A stretch of 64,000 bases of DNA from NCBI GenBank assembly GCA_023213395.1, contig CM041465.1:192207741-192271740 (forward strand), read 5' to 3'. The stretch comes from Cycas panzhihuaensis. Lineage: Eukaryota > Plantae > Cycadophyta. This document shows positions 61,900 through 64,000 of the stretch, piece by piece. The position numbers were made by a program, and so were the translations under genes. The notes under the pieces were generated by a model. The model searched no databases. It saw only the letters and a list, made by a program, of their open reading frames with translations, and was not told the origin of the DNA. Numbering within the stretch: the first letter of the stretch is position 1; each line of letters begins with the position of its first letter.

Positions 61900-63330
61900 G
61901 ATGATTGCCTGATCCAATACATGTCATAACTTAAGAAATATTCACAACCATTCTCTATTGCCTTTACATCTATGTAATAGTCTCTTAGTAATTTCTAGAA
62001 CTTTACAAGAAAAATCAAGGAAAACTCCTAACCAAGCATGTGATCCAAAGTTTGTTAAAAACCAATAGCCTCTTATCCTACCCAATGCCTCATACAAAAG
62101 TTTTGCTAAGTTCTTGGCCAAAAGAAATTAGGCATAAACTATCCAAAGTTGTCAAACTTAGCACGTTTTATTCAAAGTACATATATCTAAGCAAGCTCAT
62201 ACGAGTCTAGGAAGGTATAAAATGGGTAAGAGATCTTAGTCTAGGAGATTCGTTTCATGAAAATTGGTTTCGAAAAGGCACATGATAGAGTAGAGTGAAA
62301 TTTCTTCTTCAATATGCTTCAAACTCTAGGATTTGTCAACAGGTTAAATAGCATTGTTAATATCTTTTTGCTAATGCCTCTATTATATATCATAATCAAC
62401 AATGCTTCTAACAAACTAGTGGTATTGTTTAGATTCATTAAGCAAGGTTGTTCTATAGTGCTTGCTTTGTATGTATTGAAAATAGATATATGTGGCTACT
62501 TAGTAGCTCACAAGGTCAACCGAGGCCTCATTAGAGGTATTCTTATTTTAAAAGAAAGTGGGTAAAAGATGAATAGTAACAATTTTGTTGATGAATCCTT
62601 TCTCATGATGGATGTTGACCAAAGAGTTGTGAATCATAACATGGAAACCATCCAATCTTTTTGTCAATCCTCTAATGCTAAATTCAATAGAAAAAGGATA
62701 CTTGTTATTTACAAATTATACACCATATTCCAAATTAGAGTAACTAGTAAAAATACTCTTAGATCTAGTCTAGGAAATCTTCAAATTCCTTGGCATCCCC
62801 TTTTGGCTTGCCAATGTATTTATCCACCATGTGGGACTTTATCACAACAAGGATTAAGAAGAAGCTTGGGTGTTAGAATTTTAAAACACTCTTATTTCCT
62901 GTTAGCTTCAAGATATGTACTAAAGTCCTTATCACCACCCCTTTTCCACCCCTTTCAATGCAACCCACTTAACCTCATCAAAATGCTTAGAACCTTCCTA
63001 TGATCCCTTAGAGAAGATAAGAAAGGCTTTAGTGAAGTTAAATGGGATATTCGTTGTAAATAAAGAGGAAAATGGTAGCTTGAGAGTCCTATAGATCTAA
63101 AGACAAGGCCAAGCCAAGGTGGAAAATGGATAATAAGAGTAAGAGAGGGTGAGGAAGCTTAAAAAATCCACATAACATAAATTATCACCCAAGGAAAAGT
63201 AATAGGCTAGAAAAGCTCTCAACTTAATCCACATACTAAAATGATCACATCTTCTCCAACCAAGGTTATAAAATCTCCCATTTTTAAAAATATATTAAAT
63301 GCTTAGGAAGACTATTGGAGATAATGCTTA
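61900..63330 (+). mobile_element. Degenerate L1-type LINE RT fragment in the eIF2B-alpha intron, antisense to the gene
   Basis: KIGFEKAHDRVE*NF, IKQGCSIVLALYVL, NNFVDES (for FADD), FKFLGIP, WDFITTRIKKKLG, VKWDI.CK; boundaries approximate. Confidence 0.85.
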
Positions 63331-63343
63331 ATTCATAATTATT

Positions 63344-63612
63344 GATGCACATAAGTTTTTATAGCTGAATGCTTTTGATATGTGAGCATTCTTGATATTA
63401 TATATTATTATAGCTCACAAATCTTCATGTACTTATCACAACTTCTTATTAGTCCTCTATGAGGTGCACACCTATTTATGTATATGCATTCTCTTGTTGA
63501 ATAAGATCAATATCATAATATTTATAAGTAAATTATATTGCTTCTATCTCTTATGTGTTTGATATTCATCTAACATAATGTTAAACCAAATTTTGTAATA
63601 TGGTATCAGAGT
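63344..63612 (+). mobile_element. Probable short LTR followed by tRNA-iMet PBS (intronic relic)
   Basis: TGGTATCAGAG at 63601-63611 after an LTR-like AT-rich tract; left boundary uncertain, no partner LTR seen. Confidence 0.45.
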
Positions 63613-64000
63613 CAAAATGAGCCTCAACTCACTCATGCGAGTGTTACTAGTTCATTCAATCATAACAAATGTTAAATTTATCATCATTTGGATGTAGGGC
63701 AACACTAACTTCTACTTTGAATAGTATTAGGTATATATATTTTGTGTTTGGAAGGTTATGGTGGTAGAATCAACATACATATGTTTCCATATCCATCATA
63801 TATTTATCTTTTATTTGTGGAGTTGTGGCAAATATTTTTGGTGCATGTTTATTTGAGATATATTGAATTGGAATAGATAGCAAAAAGGTGGAGACAAATA
63901 AACAGAGGAGGTATCGTATGAATGCCAGAACAAATATGAATTGATGAAGACAAAGCTTCAATGCATTAATAAGAGAGAAAATCTCTCATATAAATATATC

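Overview
AT-rich land-plant nuclear DNA (a non-angiosperm vascular plant is my guess, not determinable here). About 90% is a nest of LTR retrotransposons, four levels deep, most resolved by paired LTRs and 5-bp target-site duplications (TSDs). An old Athila/Tat-like Gypsy (D, ~10.5-58.0 kb) hosts Copia A (20179-57235). A hosts Copia B (21842-37033), a chromovirus-type Gypsy C (38238-52346) and a gag-only element (54585-56982). B hosts a young, near-complete relative of D (Y, 22463-32929). A 4.23-kb block spanning the B/A/C junctions is tandemly triplicated (35715-48402). The only host gene is the last exon of eIF2B alpha (61294-61500, minus), with an L1 LINE relic in the intron upstream. Main novelties: (1) a non-autonomous gag-only Copia (486-6238) carrying an antisense cargo cassette (promoter-like region, candidate intron, thaumatin-like fragment, intronless SIN3/PAH fragment), with an 'empty' relative of the same family in the window; (2) Gypsy Y has a tRNA-Glu PBS, four zinc knuckles, two extra Gag-capsid-like modules in frame between protease and RT (possibly within an Ogre-like intron), a GTAC-rich repeat array, a 3' extra ORF with a splice acceptor, and patchily divergent LTRs. 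All alignments and family assignments were made by eye; no searches were run.
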